A DNA stretch of 64,000 nucleotides. It comes from the human T2T-CHM13v2.0 reference genome, Homo sapiens. The DNA lies in assembly GCF_009914755.1 (NCBI RefSeq), contig NC_060937.1; one strand, 5' to 3'. Both the position numbers and the translations under genes were made by a program. The notes below the pieces were generated by a model. The model worked only from the letters and a program-made list of their open reading frames with translations. It had not been told where the DNA came from and ran no database searches. Positions 1 to 12,684 of the stretch are shown one piece after another (the first letter of the stretch is position 1; the number at the start of each line of letters is the position of its first letter).

Positions 1-660
1 GCAAGCAATTAAGTATGATTGTATAGGAAATTAAATCAGCAAAAGTGCATTAATGGTCAAGTTTAAATACATAGAAGCAACAAAATTGAATTAAAGGTGG
101 CAGTTCTATATTTAACTTATCTTATTTTGTCCAGGTATTATAGAATGTAAAATGTGTTAAATTATTCATGCTTTGAAGATCATAAAAATACTTCTTCACA
201 GTGAATTTAGTTGATGGTAATGCTTAAAATCCTGTCATGAAAGGGTCATATTGTCATTATTTAGTAATATAACCAGGGTTAGTTTTTATTTGTTTGCCTT
301 ATTCCTGGGGATAAATTGTAAATGGACAAAAATACCTAAGTGTATATGCAGTGTTCACTGAATTATCTATTTTCAACATATAAAATTGAATATTTGAATG
401 TTATATCACTGTTCATTGTATTTTCGTTTTTGCTTTTCATTTTACAGAATGCTTGGTTTAGTGAAAATAATACTGGAAAATAAATCAGGACTAGAGATAA
501 AATATTTTTATTGCTTATTTAAATTATTTTATATATTAAAAATGAACGGATAATTTTCTAAAATACAAGTTATGAGTACTTATTCACGAAGAAAATAAAC
601 CTGAAGAGACTAAATTTTTTTAAATTTATAAGATATTATTTATATAAATACCTCAGCCCA

Positions 661-971
661 GGATGGATACTGTGACTCAGGCCTCTAATCCCAGCATTCT
701 GGGAGGCCAAAGTGGAAGGATCACTTGAGCCAGGAGTTTGAGACCAGCCCAGGTAACACGGTGACACCATGTCTCCACAAAAAATAAAAAAAAAATAAAA
801 ATTAGTCTGGCCTCCTGGCATGCACCTGTGGTTCCACCTACTCAGGAGGCTGAGGTGGGAGGATAGCTTGAGCCCAGAAGGTCAAGGCTACAATGAACTC
901 TGTTTGCACCACTGCTCTCCAGCCTGGATAAAAGAGTAAGACCTTACCTCAAAAAAAAAAAAAAAAAAAAA
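661..971 (+). mobile_element. Alu, old (AluJ-like), full length
   Basis: Dimeric Alu with J-type motifs (ggatcacttgagcc, gagcccagaaggtcaaggct). A-rich linker, poly(A) at 951-971, CpGs eroded. Confidence 0.93.
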
Positions 972-1329
972 GGGGGTCTCAACCCAGATGGCTTCTTCAA
1001 TATTTATTCAAACATTCTAATGTAATAAAATTATCTGCCTAAAAATGGATCATACAATATATATAAAATGGAAAATACTAAATACATTTTTGATTCTGGC
1101 ATATAAAGTCTGTTATAAAAATCAGGTCAAACAGAAAAACAAACAATAATACAAAAAGTACAGAATAGTTACAAGTGATAGGTAGGACTTTTATCTGCTA
1201 GATAAATTTTTGGGTAAATACTGACAAGGCATGAAAATGAACCACTTTATTAATGACCTATAAGTATTAGTACAATCTCTTTTCCACTCCTTTAAATAAT
1301 AATTTTACATTTTCTCTTTTCTTCTCAAA

Positions 1330-1870
1330 CTTCCAACATATCCTCACCCTTTCTTAGCTAATGACTATCATATTTTACTGAGAAAACTGAAAAAGTTGAA
1401 TTTTTACAAACATTCACCACTCCTTTGCCACTTTGGTCTGTTCCCATATCCTCTATATTTGTGATATCATAGATGAAATAGCTTTGTTCCTTGCTAGGTT
1501 AAAATACCGGTTTTTCAGAAAATTCTATTAAAGGACATTGCTTAGTAATTCTTTCTTTTCTTTGTTATTATTTTGTTTTACTCTCTTCTAATTACATCCC
1601 ATCTTTGGCATCCTACTTCACTCAGCAAATGAAGTCTACCTTGTGTGATGTGGCTCCCTTGCCACTATTACGTTCTGTGACATTCTGTGACATCATCTCC
1701 CACCACTCCCTGCTCTCATTCACCTTATTCCAGCCATTCTGGCTTTTTTGCTTTCTTCTTGGAACATTCTAGGCGTTCTCTTATAAGGTGTTCTCCCATT
1801 TGGTGTTTCTTCTGCCTGAAATGCTTTGCTCTACATAGCTGCATGTTTGAATACTTCCCATCTGAATTTT
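1330..1870 (+). mobile_element. L2 LINE fragments (L2a-like 3' region)
   Basis: ttttactgagaaaa motif and ccagccattctggc...cttctgcctgaaatgct, typical of the L2 3' end; highly diverged. Confidence 0.55.
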
Positions 1871-2732
1871 GTGTGACAATGAATTCTTGACAAATTAATG
1901 TATTTCAACTTTGTAGCATGAATCTAATGTCATCTGGAAAATGTAGGCTAGAATAGATAAAAGATTAAAAATATGAGAAATTTTGCCTAATAAATGTTGA
2001 AATATATTATTAAGTATCAATGATTAAATTAATGTAGCCTAAACAGACCATTGTATACAATATATGATACCTTAGTGTAGAAAAAATGATGTCATCTCAA
2101 ATCAGTAGGAACGAATGTTCAAAGAAGCTACATTAATGGCTTGATTTTTCATAAAATAAAAATTTGCTTGAACCTTTGCCTCAGCATGCCCATGAAGATA
2201 TTCATTAAATGGGTTAAAGAAAGTTAAATTTAAAATAAAAATCAGATTAAACACAAAGTGACATAAAGTAAAATCATCACTGATGACATTTCCAAGTCTG
2301 CAAAGGAGGAGATCTCTTCAAGCTTAAACAATGAAGTAATTCATTAAAGGAAAACCTAAAATATGTGAATATATACAATTAAATTAAGAGATTCTCTATG
2401 TCAAACAAAAGTGGAACAGAACAAACTGCTGAAAAGAAGTTGTATAGATAATCAGGTTTACATTTAGAGCTAAGAAAAATATAACTGACACCAGCAATAA
2501 TTTATAAAAGAACTTAAAATGGTATTTCACATAAATTGGGTATTATATCATGGCTAATGTATATGAAGAAATAACACTCAGAAATGAAAAAAATACAGAG
2601 CACAAAAATTAGATAAAATTTTAATTATAAAAGTAATGATTTAATTAATAATGCATAACATTTCTTATAGGTGGGACTGTGTTTTGCTATATTTTAGCAT
2701 TTTCGGTCAACAGTTCACTCTCTGAAGAGAAG

Positions 2733-4128
2733 CACTTCCAGAATGGTGGCGTAAAGAGCTTTTCAGACTTTCTTTCTATTGAGTCAATCATAATTGTTGA
2801 AAATTCTATATAAACACACACACACAAGCATATACACACACAACAATTTACTATCTCTGGAAATTGTCCTAAGGATACATAGGATATGAGAAAACATTTG
2901 TTAAGGAAAATGTGGTTATCATTTTAGGAACAGCGACAGCCTGTGGCATTTGAGCCGTGATCCACCCCTCACTCTTCCCCAGCTAGGCATGATGGAAGCC
3001 CTATTCCAAGTGGGCGCAATCATGAAGACAGAGTTTCCCTTTCCCTCCACCTCCCAGTCTAAGGCAATGGCTTCACTTCAGGAGTGGCAGGCTGCTCTCA
3101 TATCTCCATCTCTGTTCAAAGAAACCCAGTTCCAGGTAAGTGCTGTTATCTGGGGCTCTTTATTTCCATAATCTAGTCCCTAATCATATGGCAGAAACTC
3201 TACCCTGTACAAGGCTGGCTGAGAATACAGTGCTATGATTGGGTTCACCCTAGCTTGATTACAGGGAAATTTTACATTGAAAGAGGCAGGTGAAGAGGAT
3301 TAGAGGCTATTGCCCACCTAGCACTCTGCCTGTAGAGCAGATATGTTTCTTTGAGAGAAATGGGCTGCTGTCCTTGCCTCCAGCTCTGGAGCTGCAACAT
3401 AGAGCTTCCACCCTGGGGAGAGGTAGGCCATGAAAACATATGGCACTTTAGCTCTCCCTAAGGGGACTCACTTTACTGGGACAAATATGTAAAAAAGAGT
3501 GCTGCCAGTTTTAGTCAAACAATACAATTTTAAATAATGGATATTTTGGCAATAAGAAATTAAGAGGAGGCTGATAGCTTCTTGAGAACAACAGCTAAAT
3601 TTCAAACCAGCTAATAATTTATCAGAGAGAATAAGGGAAAGAGTCAGAAATAAGAAGAGCCCTGCTGGGGTCAGAGCAAGCCTCAAAGACTGGCCTCCAT
3701 GACAATCTCTCCAAAGGGGTCTACATTTTATTGTTTGAAATGTGGATCAGTTTATACCTTAGTGTATTGTTAAGAATAGTAGAGAAATAAGATTGCACTT
3801 AGTAGATGCTAAGAGCTGGATATATGCCAATAAAGGGATAAAATCCAGAAAGTACACAGGGAGATCAGGGAAAGAGACCCCCAAAGAGAGCTCAGGGAAA
3901 GCCACTGTCATGGGGGCTGGGAAGAGGGATTCAGATTAACCGTGATTATGCTCAAGTCTGTAGCCTCTGAATAGTGACATCAGAGGCTGTATATCAAGGG
4001 GAGAATAGACTTTACTAAAATAGTTTAGAAAAGTTGGTAAACAAATAGTCAAAGAAGCAAAAATATCAACAAGCTCTGGAGGTAGGGGACTCAGTGTCCA
4101 AAGTTGCTATATTATCTAAAACGTCCAA

Positions 4129-4130
<2 letters not shown>
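2733..4130 (+). mobile_element. Old L1M (L1MC/MD-type) 5' region fragment
   Basis: Begins cacttccagaatggtggcg and continues with sequence resembling mammalian L1 5' UTRs; boundaries approximate. Confidence 0.5.

Positions 4131-4172
<42 letters not shown>
4131..4172. repeat. (AC)21 microsatellite
   Basis: Perfect AC run read directly. Confidence 0.97.
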
Positions 4173-4175
<3 letters not shown>

Positions 4176-4969
4176 ATGAGAGGTGAAAAGAAACGGGAAA
4201 GTATAATCAAAACATGAAGACTGGAGTAGTGGGGAGCAGGCAAAATATTCTGGCTTTGTGGTTGCTTAGCAGAAAGAATTGTAATATATTTGAGAATAAC
4301 AGTTCAAAAGAGGCAGGTAGGAGACAAGCATATTTGAGTAGGAAATAAACCACCTGTTAACTTGGACACATTAGAAAAAATGAAGAGAAAAATAATAAAT
4401 AAGAAGGCTAGTATAACAAATGCTGCAAATGTATGCTTGCTTGCTTGCTCGCTTTTCTCAGTTTTTTTATTTGTTCATTCACTTTACCTCTTTCAAATTG
4501 AGCCTTTAAAACAAATCTGATGATTATTGGTTCTTCATATTTATAAACACAGCAAAACAAAAGACAAGCTAATGTGAAATTTTGTAAGAACTTTGTTTTG
4601 GAGGAATTTACTTTAGTTGGATGTCCAAACAGGATATTTTGAGAGTGAAGAGCATGTAAAAATTACCTAAAATTATTTTGAAGTATTTATTATGCCAAAA
4701 ACAGCTTTATGTTATTAGAAAAAATTTTAAAGCTCTTTTCAAAAATATTTTCTGAAAATAGCAAATGTCTGTGCTAAAGAAAATTTAAAGATCCTTTATA
4801 AACTATATAAATATTAAAATTGACATGCAAACTAATAATCTCTGTTTTTAAATGTATTTTAATCAGGGTCTTATGTCTCAAATCCATGTCACTGGTCTTT
4901 TTGTAAAAAAAGAAAAAAAAGGATTTTCATGTATAATACTAATTTTAAAATATAAAATTGCCATCAAAG

Positions 4970-5414
4970 TGTTACCCAAACACTGGGGGTTTGGTCTAGG
5001 TCCTGCTGCTCACTGCACAGAAAGCCCGTCACTAAGATGAAAAAGTCAGTCACCAAGACAGAAAGCCAAACACTGAATATGGCCAAGGAAGAAGGCTTTA
5101 ATCAGGTGCTGCAGCACAGCCCAGGAGATGGGAGCTAGCATCAACTCTATTTCCCTGACTGACTAAAACTAGGGCTTTAGTGGCAGGGAAGAAATTTAAC
5201 AATGTGTAAGAAAACGAGAACTAGGGAGGGGCAAAAGGCATCTGGTGCTGTGATCTATTTTCAGTTTTTGATACTTTTTTTGAGAGGCCTGAGGTCCTTT
5301 CTAGGTGAAAGAACTCAGATAAAGCAAATACAGTTTTCAAGCTTTAACAGCAAAAGGGTCAATTTCTATGTTTATCCAAAAGCAACTGTCTATGGGACTC
5401 TTGGGCCCGTTTCA
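4970..5414 (-). mobile_element. ERV1 solo LTR (MER66-like)
   Basis: TG...CA termini (tgttacc / gtttca). 4-bp TSD AAAG at 4966-4969 and 5415-5418. Family from recalled consensus. Confidence 0.8.
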
Positions 5415-5507
5415 AAAGTTGATGTTTGTCTATGAAATTTGAACATTTTGACACCGTCAATTGATCCTCTTCTGTAGATCACAGAATTTTTAAATTGATA
5501 ATATATT

Positions 5508-5772
5508 CTTCATATTAGCACTGAAATTTTTGGTTATCTTAGCAAATTCTGTTATTTGAAGGATTGTCTCAATCCTCATATTTTTATTATATTGAATTAT
5601 ATAAATATGTTGAGGTGTGTTCTTTCTCTCCCCAGTTAGCACTTCATATTAGCACTGAAATTTTTGGTTGTCTTAGCAAATTCTGTTATTTGAAGGATTG
5701 TCTCAATCCTCATATTTTTGTTATATTGAATTATATAAATATGTTCAGGTATGTTCTTTCTCTCCCCAATTA
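5508..5772. repeat. Tandem duplication, 134-bp period, 2 copies
   Basis: cttcatattagcactgaaa...tctttctctcccca starts at 5508 and 5642, with about 5 substitutions. Confidence 0.95.
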
Positions 5773-8483
5773 TTTGACGGTTTTTATCATGAAGAGATGT
5801 TGAATTCTATCAAATGCTTTTTCAGCCTCAATTGAAATGATCATAAGGTTTTGTCCTTCATTCTGTTGATATGATATGTTACATTGATTGATTTATGTAT
5901 GTTAAACCATCCTTGTATCCCTGAGATAAATCCCATTTGGTCATAATGAAAGACTTTTATAGGGTGTTATTGAATTTTGTTTGCTAGCGTTTTGTAGAGT
6001 TTTGCATCAATATTCATCAGAGATCTCGGACTGTAGTTTTCTTTTTTTGATTTGTCTTTGTTTGGTTTTAGTACCAGGGTAATACTGTCCTCACAGAATA
6101 GGTTTGAAAGTTTTCCCCCATTCTCTATTTTTCAGAATAGTTTGAGTAGAATTGGTATTAGCTCTTCTTCAAATGTTTGCTGGAATTCAGCAGTGAAACC
6201 ATCAGGTCCTGGGATTTTTTTTAGGGAAAAATTCCTAAGGAATTTTTTCACTTGTTTCTAGATTTTCCAATTTGTTGCCATATAGTTGCTCTGAGTAGCC
6301 ACTAATGATCCTTTGAATTTTTGCAGTATCAGTTGTAATGTCTCTTTTTCAAGCCTTATTTGCATCTTCTCTCTTTTTTTTCTTAGTCTAGTTAAAGGTT
6401 TGTCAACATTTTTAACTTTTCAAAAAAAAAACTTTTTGTTTTGTTTTGTTTTGTATTTTTTATTTCAATTTTATTTATTTCTGCTTTGATGGTTATTATT
6501 TCTTTTCTTCTACTAATTTTTCATTTGGTTTGCCCTTGGTTTTCTAGTTCTTTAAGATGCATCATTACATTGTTCATTTGAAGTTTACATCTTTTTTGAT
6601 GTAGGCACTTAGACCTACAAACTTCCCTCAAGGTACTGCTTTTGCTGTATCCCATGGATTTTGGTATGTTACGATTCTATTATCATTTGTTTAAAGAGAT
6701 TTTTCAGTTTCCTTTTTATTTCTTCATTGACCCACTTGTTATTCAGAAGCATATTCTTTAATTTGCATGTGTTTGTATAGTTTCTAAAATTTATACTGTT
6801 ATAATTTATAGTTTACTCCATTGTGGTCAGAAAAGATGCTTTATATTATTTCAATATTTTTGAATGTTTTAAGACTTGTTTAGTGACCTAACATATGGTC
6901 TTTCCTTGAGAATGGCCTATGTGCAGAAGAAAAACATGTGTATTCTTCAGCGGTTGCATATGTATGTTCTGTAAATAACTATTAGATCCATTTGGTCTAT
7001 ACTGCAGATTAAGTCCAATGTTTTTGGAATTTACCTTCTGGACGATCTGTCAATGCTGAAAGTGGGGTGTTGAAATCTCCAGCTATTATTATATTGGGGC
7101 CTATCTCTCACTTAACTCTAATAATATTTGCTTTATATATCTGGGTACTCCAGTGTTGGGTTCATATATATTTAAAATTGTTATACCATCTGGCTGAATT
7201 GACACTTTTATCATTATATAGCGACCTTTGTCTCTTTTTAGTTTTTGTCTTGAAATTTGTTTTGTCTGATATAAGTACCATTTATCCAATACCTCTACCC
7301 CCATTGTATAAGTCTCATGACTCCTGCTTTCTTTTTTTTATTCCATCCACATGGAATATCTTCTTCCATCCCTTTCAGTCTATGTGTATCTTTATAGTTG
7401 AAGTATGTTTCTTTTGAACAACCGATCAATGGGTCTTGTCTTTTCTTCCATTCTGCCAGTCTATGTCTTTTGATTGGAGCATTTTATTTATTTATATTTA
7501 ATGCTATTATTGAAAAGTAAGGACTTACTCCTGCCATTTTGCTATTTGCTTTCTTGTTGTTTTATGGTCTTCTCTTCCTTCTTTCTTTCCTGCCTTTCTT
7601 CATCTAGAGAAGGTGACTTTCTCTGGAGATATGATTTAATTTTTGCTTTTTATTTGTGTATCCATTGTATGTGTTTTGGTTTGAGGTTACCATGAAGCTT
7701 GAAAATATTATCTTACAACCTATTATTTTAACCTGATAACAACTTAACAGGATTTGCATAAACAAACAAGCAAAAAGAAAAACCCCAAATTAATAAAAAC
7801 TCCATTCCTTAACTTTGTTCTCTGCTTTTTAATTTTTTGTTGTATCTATTTATATCTTATTGTAGTGACTATGTTTTGAAATATTGCTGTAGTTATTATT
7901 TTGATTTGGTTATCTTTTAGTCTTTCTACTTAGGATAAGAGTAGTTTACACATCACAGTTACAGTGTTATAATACTCTGTGTTTTTCTGTGTACTCACTA
8001 TTACCAGTGAGTTTTGCACCTTCAGGTGATTATTGTTACTCATTAGTGTCCTTTTATTTCTGATTGAAATACTTCCTTTAGCATTTTTTTTTTTTTGTAG
8101 GACAGGCCTGGCATTAATGAAATCACTCAATTTTTGTTTATCTGGGAAAGTCTTCATTTCTCCTTCATTTTTGAAGGATATTCTTTGCCAGATATACTAC
8201 TCCAGGGTAAAAGTTACCTTCTTTCAGCAATTTAAATACCTCATGGCACTCCCTAGTGGCCTGTATGGTTTCCACTGAAAAGTATGCTTCCAGATTTATC
8301 AGAGCTCCCTTGTATGTTATTTGTTTCTTTTCTCTTGCTGTTTCTAGGATCTTTCCTTTATCCTTGAACTTTGACAGTTTGACTATTAAATTTCTTGAGA
8401 TAGTTTCCTTTGGGAAAAATCTGCTTGGTGTTCTATAACCTTCTTGTACTTGGATATTGATATCTTTCTCTAGGTTTGGGAAG

Positions 8484-10151
8484 TGATATGCCTTGGCTCT
8501 GTCTCCACCAAAATCTCAACTTGAATTGCATCTCCCAAACTTCCCACCCAGGGGGAGGTAATTGAATCATGGGGGCCGGTCTTTCCTGTGCTATTCTCAT
8601 GATAGTGAATAAGTCTCATGAGATGTGAAGAGTTGCTCAGGGTTTTCTGCTTTAGCTTTTTAATCGTTTTTATCTTGCCACCACCATGTAAGAAGTGCTT
8701 TTCACCTTATGCCATGAATCTGAGGCCTCTCCAGCCATGTGGAATTGTAAGTCCAATTAAACCTCTTTTTCTTCCCAGTCTGAGGTATGTCTCTATCAGC
8801 AGCATGAAAATGGATTAATACAGTACATTGGTACCAGCAGAATGGGATGTTGCTGAAGATATTTCGAAAAATGTGGAAGCAGCTTTGGAACTGGGTAACA
8901 GGCAGAGGTTGGAACAGTTTGGAGGGCTCAGAAGAAGACAGGAAAATGTGGAAAAGTTTGGGACCTCCTAGAGACTTATTGAATGGCTTTGACAAAAATG
9001 CCAATAGTGATATGAACAATAAGATCCAGCCTAAGGTGATCTCAGATGGAGATGAGAAACCTGTTGGGAACTGGAGCAAAGGTGACTCTTGCTATGTTTT
9101 AGCAAAGAGACTAGTGGCATTTTGCCCCTGCCCTAGAGATTTGTGGAACTTTGAACTTGAGAGAGATGATTTAGGGTATCTGGTGGAAGAAATTTCTAAG
9201 TGACAAAGCATTCATTCAAGAAGTGACTTTGGTGTTGTTAAAGGCATTCAGTTTTAAAAGGGAAACAGTGCATAAAAGTTCAGAAAATTTGCAGCCTGAT
9301 GATGCAGTAGAAAAGAAAAACCCCATTTACGAGGGGAAACTCAAGCCAGCTGCAGAAATTTGCGTATAAGTATCAAGAAGCCTAAAGTTAATCCCCAAGA
9401 CCATGAGGAAAATGTCTCCAGGCCCTGTCAGAGGACTTCACAACAGCCCCTCCCATTACAAGCCTGAAGCCCAGAAGGAAAAAGTGGTTTCATGGGCTGG
9501 GCCCAGGCCCCTACGCTGTGTGCAGTCCAGGGACTTGGTTTTCTATGTCCCAGCTGTACCAGCTATGGCTAAAAGGAGCCAACATAGAGCTCAGGCTGTG
9601 GCTTCAGAGTGTGGAAGCCCTGAGACTTGGCAGCTTCCACATGGTATTGAGCCTGCAGGTGTACAGAAGTCAAGAATTGAGGTTTGGGAACCTCTGCTTA
9701 GAGGTCAGAAGATTATGGAAATGCCTAAATGCCCAGGCAAAAGTTTTCTGCAGGGGTGAAGCCCTCATGGAGAACCTCTGCTAGGGCAGTGTAGAAGGAA
9801 AATGTGGGTCCAGAGCTCCAACACAGAGTCCCTACTGGGGCACCATCTAGTGGAGATGTGAGAAGAGGGCCACATCCTCCAGACCCCAGAATGGTAGATC
9901 CACTGATAGCTTGTACCACGTGCCTGGAAAAGCCCCAGGAACTCAACACCAGCCCGTGGGAGGGAGATTGTAACCTGCAAAGCCACAGAGGCAGAGCTGC
10001 CCAAGACCATGGGAACCCACCTTTTGAATCAGCATAACTTGGATGTGAGACCTGGAGTCAAAGGAAATCATTTTGGAGTTTAAAATTTGACTGGCTTGCT
10101 GGATTTCAGACATGCATATCTTTATCATCAGTGTGAAAATGGACTAATACA
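8484..10151 (+). mobile_element. THE1A MaLR provirus: 5' LTR 8484-8822, internal region, only the last ~35 bp of the 3' LTR
   Basis: tgatatg...ggattaataca LTR with THE1A diagnostics (aaatctcaacttgaa, cctctttttcttcccagtc). MaLR-int ORF remnant WKQLWNWVTGRGWNSLEGSEEDRKMW. TSD ggaag/gggag. Confidence 0.93.
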
Positions 10152-11833
10152 GGGAGTTTTCTCTTATTATGTCTTTGAATAACTTTCTAACCCTATCTCT
10201 TTCTCTATCTCCTCTTTAAGGCCAATAAGAGATGTGCCCTTTTGAGGCTATTTTCTAGATCTTGTAGTCATGCTTCATTGTTTTTTATTCTATTTCCTCT
10301 TGCCTCCTCTGACTGTGCATTTTCAAATAATCTGTCTTCAGGTTCACTAATTCTTTTTTCTGCTTGATCAATTCTGCTATTAAAGGATTCTGGTGCATTC
10401 TTCAGTATGCCAATTACATTTTTTTAGCTCCAGACTTTCTGCTTGATTCTTTTTAATTATTTCGATCTCTTTGTTAAATTTATCTGATAAAATTCTGAAT
10501 TTCTTCTCTGTATTGCCTTGAATTTCTTTGAGTTTCCTTAACATAGCTATTTTGAATTATCAGTCTGAAGGGTCACATATCTCTGTTTCTCCACAATTGT
10601 TCCCTGGTGCCTTATTTAGTTCATTTGATGAGGTCATGTTTTCCTTGATTGTGTTTATGCTAGGAGATGTTATTCAGTGTCTGGGCATTGAGGAGTTAGG
10701 TAGTTATTTTTGTTTTCACTGTCTGGGCTTATTTTAGCTATCCTTCTTGGGGAGATTTTCCAGATATTAAAAGGATTTAGATATTGTGATCTGAGCTGTA
10801 TCTGCTTTAGAAGGCAGCTCAAGCCCAGTAATTCTGTGGTTCTTGGAGACTTCATGACTCTGAGCACCATCTTAATAGTCTTGGACCAGATTTGGGAGAA
10901 TTCTCTGGATTACCAGGCTGAGACCCTTATTCTCTTTCCTTACTTTCTCCCAAACATGCAAAGTCTCTCTCTCTCTCTCTCTCTTTCTCTCTGTTCTGAG
11001 CCATGTAATGCTAGGAGTGGAGGGACATAAGCACCCCTGTGGCTACCACTATTATGACTGCACTGGGTTAAACCTGAAGTCAGCACTGCATTTGGTCTCA
11101 CCCAAGGCCTACACTGTAACACCTTCCTAGCTACTATTTATGTTTGTTCTAGGCCCTTGGGTTCTATAACCAGTCAATGGCAAAGCCATCTAGGCCTGTG
11201 TCTTTCTCTTCAGCGTGGTGAGCTCCCCCAGGCCCTGAGTTGGTCCAGAAGTGCCTTCCAGGAGTCAGAGGAGTAACAAACCTTAGAAGTCTACCTGGTA
11301 ATACATTGTATTGTGGCTGAGCTGGCAGTCAGACCACAAGACTCAGTTCTTCCTACTCTTCCCTTCTCTTTCCAAAGGCAGAGGAGTTTCACCCAATAGC
11401 CACCACCACCCCAGGCCATGAGGAGTACTGTGAGACTACCACAGATGTTCTCTTACGGCCCAAGGTCTCTTAAGTCATCTTTGTCATGAATGCTGCCTGG
11501 CCTAGGATTCACCCCTTAGGGCAGTGGACTCTCCTCTGGCCCAAGGCAGGTCCAAAAATGCCATCCAGCCGTCAAGTCCTGGAATTAGGGACCCCAAGAG
11601 CCTGTTTGGTTCTCTAACCCCTGTAGCTGTGCTGGAACCTAAGGTACAAGACAAAATCTCCTTACTTTATCCTCTACTTTTCTCAAGGAGTTTTGCCTTA
11701 CAGCCATGACAGCAGATAATGTGCTGAGTCTCACTTGAAGCTAGCAAGTCTCAAAGGCTCACCTAAAGTCCTTGATGTAGTACCTAGCTATCACTGCTGG
11801 TTATTCAGGTCCCATTGGCTCTTCAGTTAACAG

Positions 11834-11992
11834 TGCTTTGGATCCCAATTCCCAAATGATATTTCTAGACACACCCCTGGCCAGAAGGAAGGCCACTGCC
11901 TTGAAGGAAAGGACAAAGTTCTGGCAGCAGTGGCCTTCCTTCTGGCCAGGGGTGTGTCTAGAAATATCATTTGGGAATTGGGATCCAAAGCA
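11834..11992. repeat. Perfect 66-bp inverted repeat with 27-bp spacer
   Basis: 11834-11899 is the exact reverse complement of 11927-11992. Confidence 0.97.
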
Positions 11993-12251
11993 GTAACTTC
12001 ACGACTCTGAGCAGTGCCCTCTCCTGCTGTGGCTGAGCTGGTATCCAAGATACCAACATCTTTCCCACTCTTCCCTCTCCTCTCCTCAAACGGAAGGAAA
12101 GTATCTCTTTCGGAGCCTCAAGCTGTGCAGCCTCGGGTTGGGGAGTAGTGATGCCATCACTCCCTTGGCTGCTCCAGTGGATGTCTCAGTATGCTGTGTG
12201 CCCCCTCAGTCCACTGTCTCTGGGTCTAATTCATCCCTAAGACTTGCCTAA

Positions 12252-12684
<433 letters not shown>

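Noticed and set aside
7067-8438. Cluster of ORFs
   Set aside because: Broken L1 ORF1/ORF2 pieces or their antisense frames.
11000-12100. Recurring gctgagctgg..caaga units in the L1 5' region
   Set aside because: Repeated subunits are an expected feature of L1PB/L1MA 5' UTRs.
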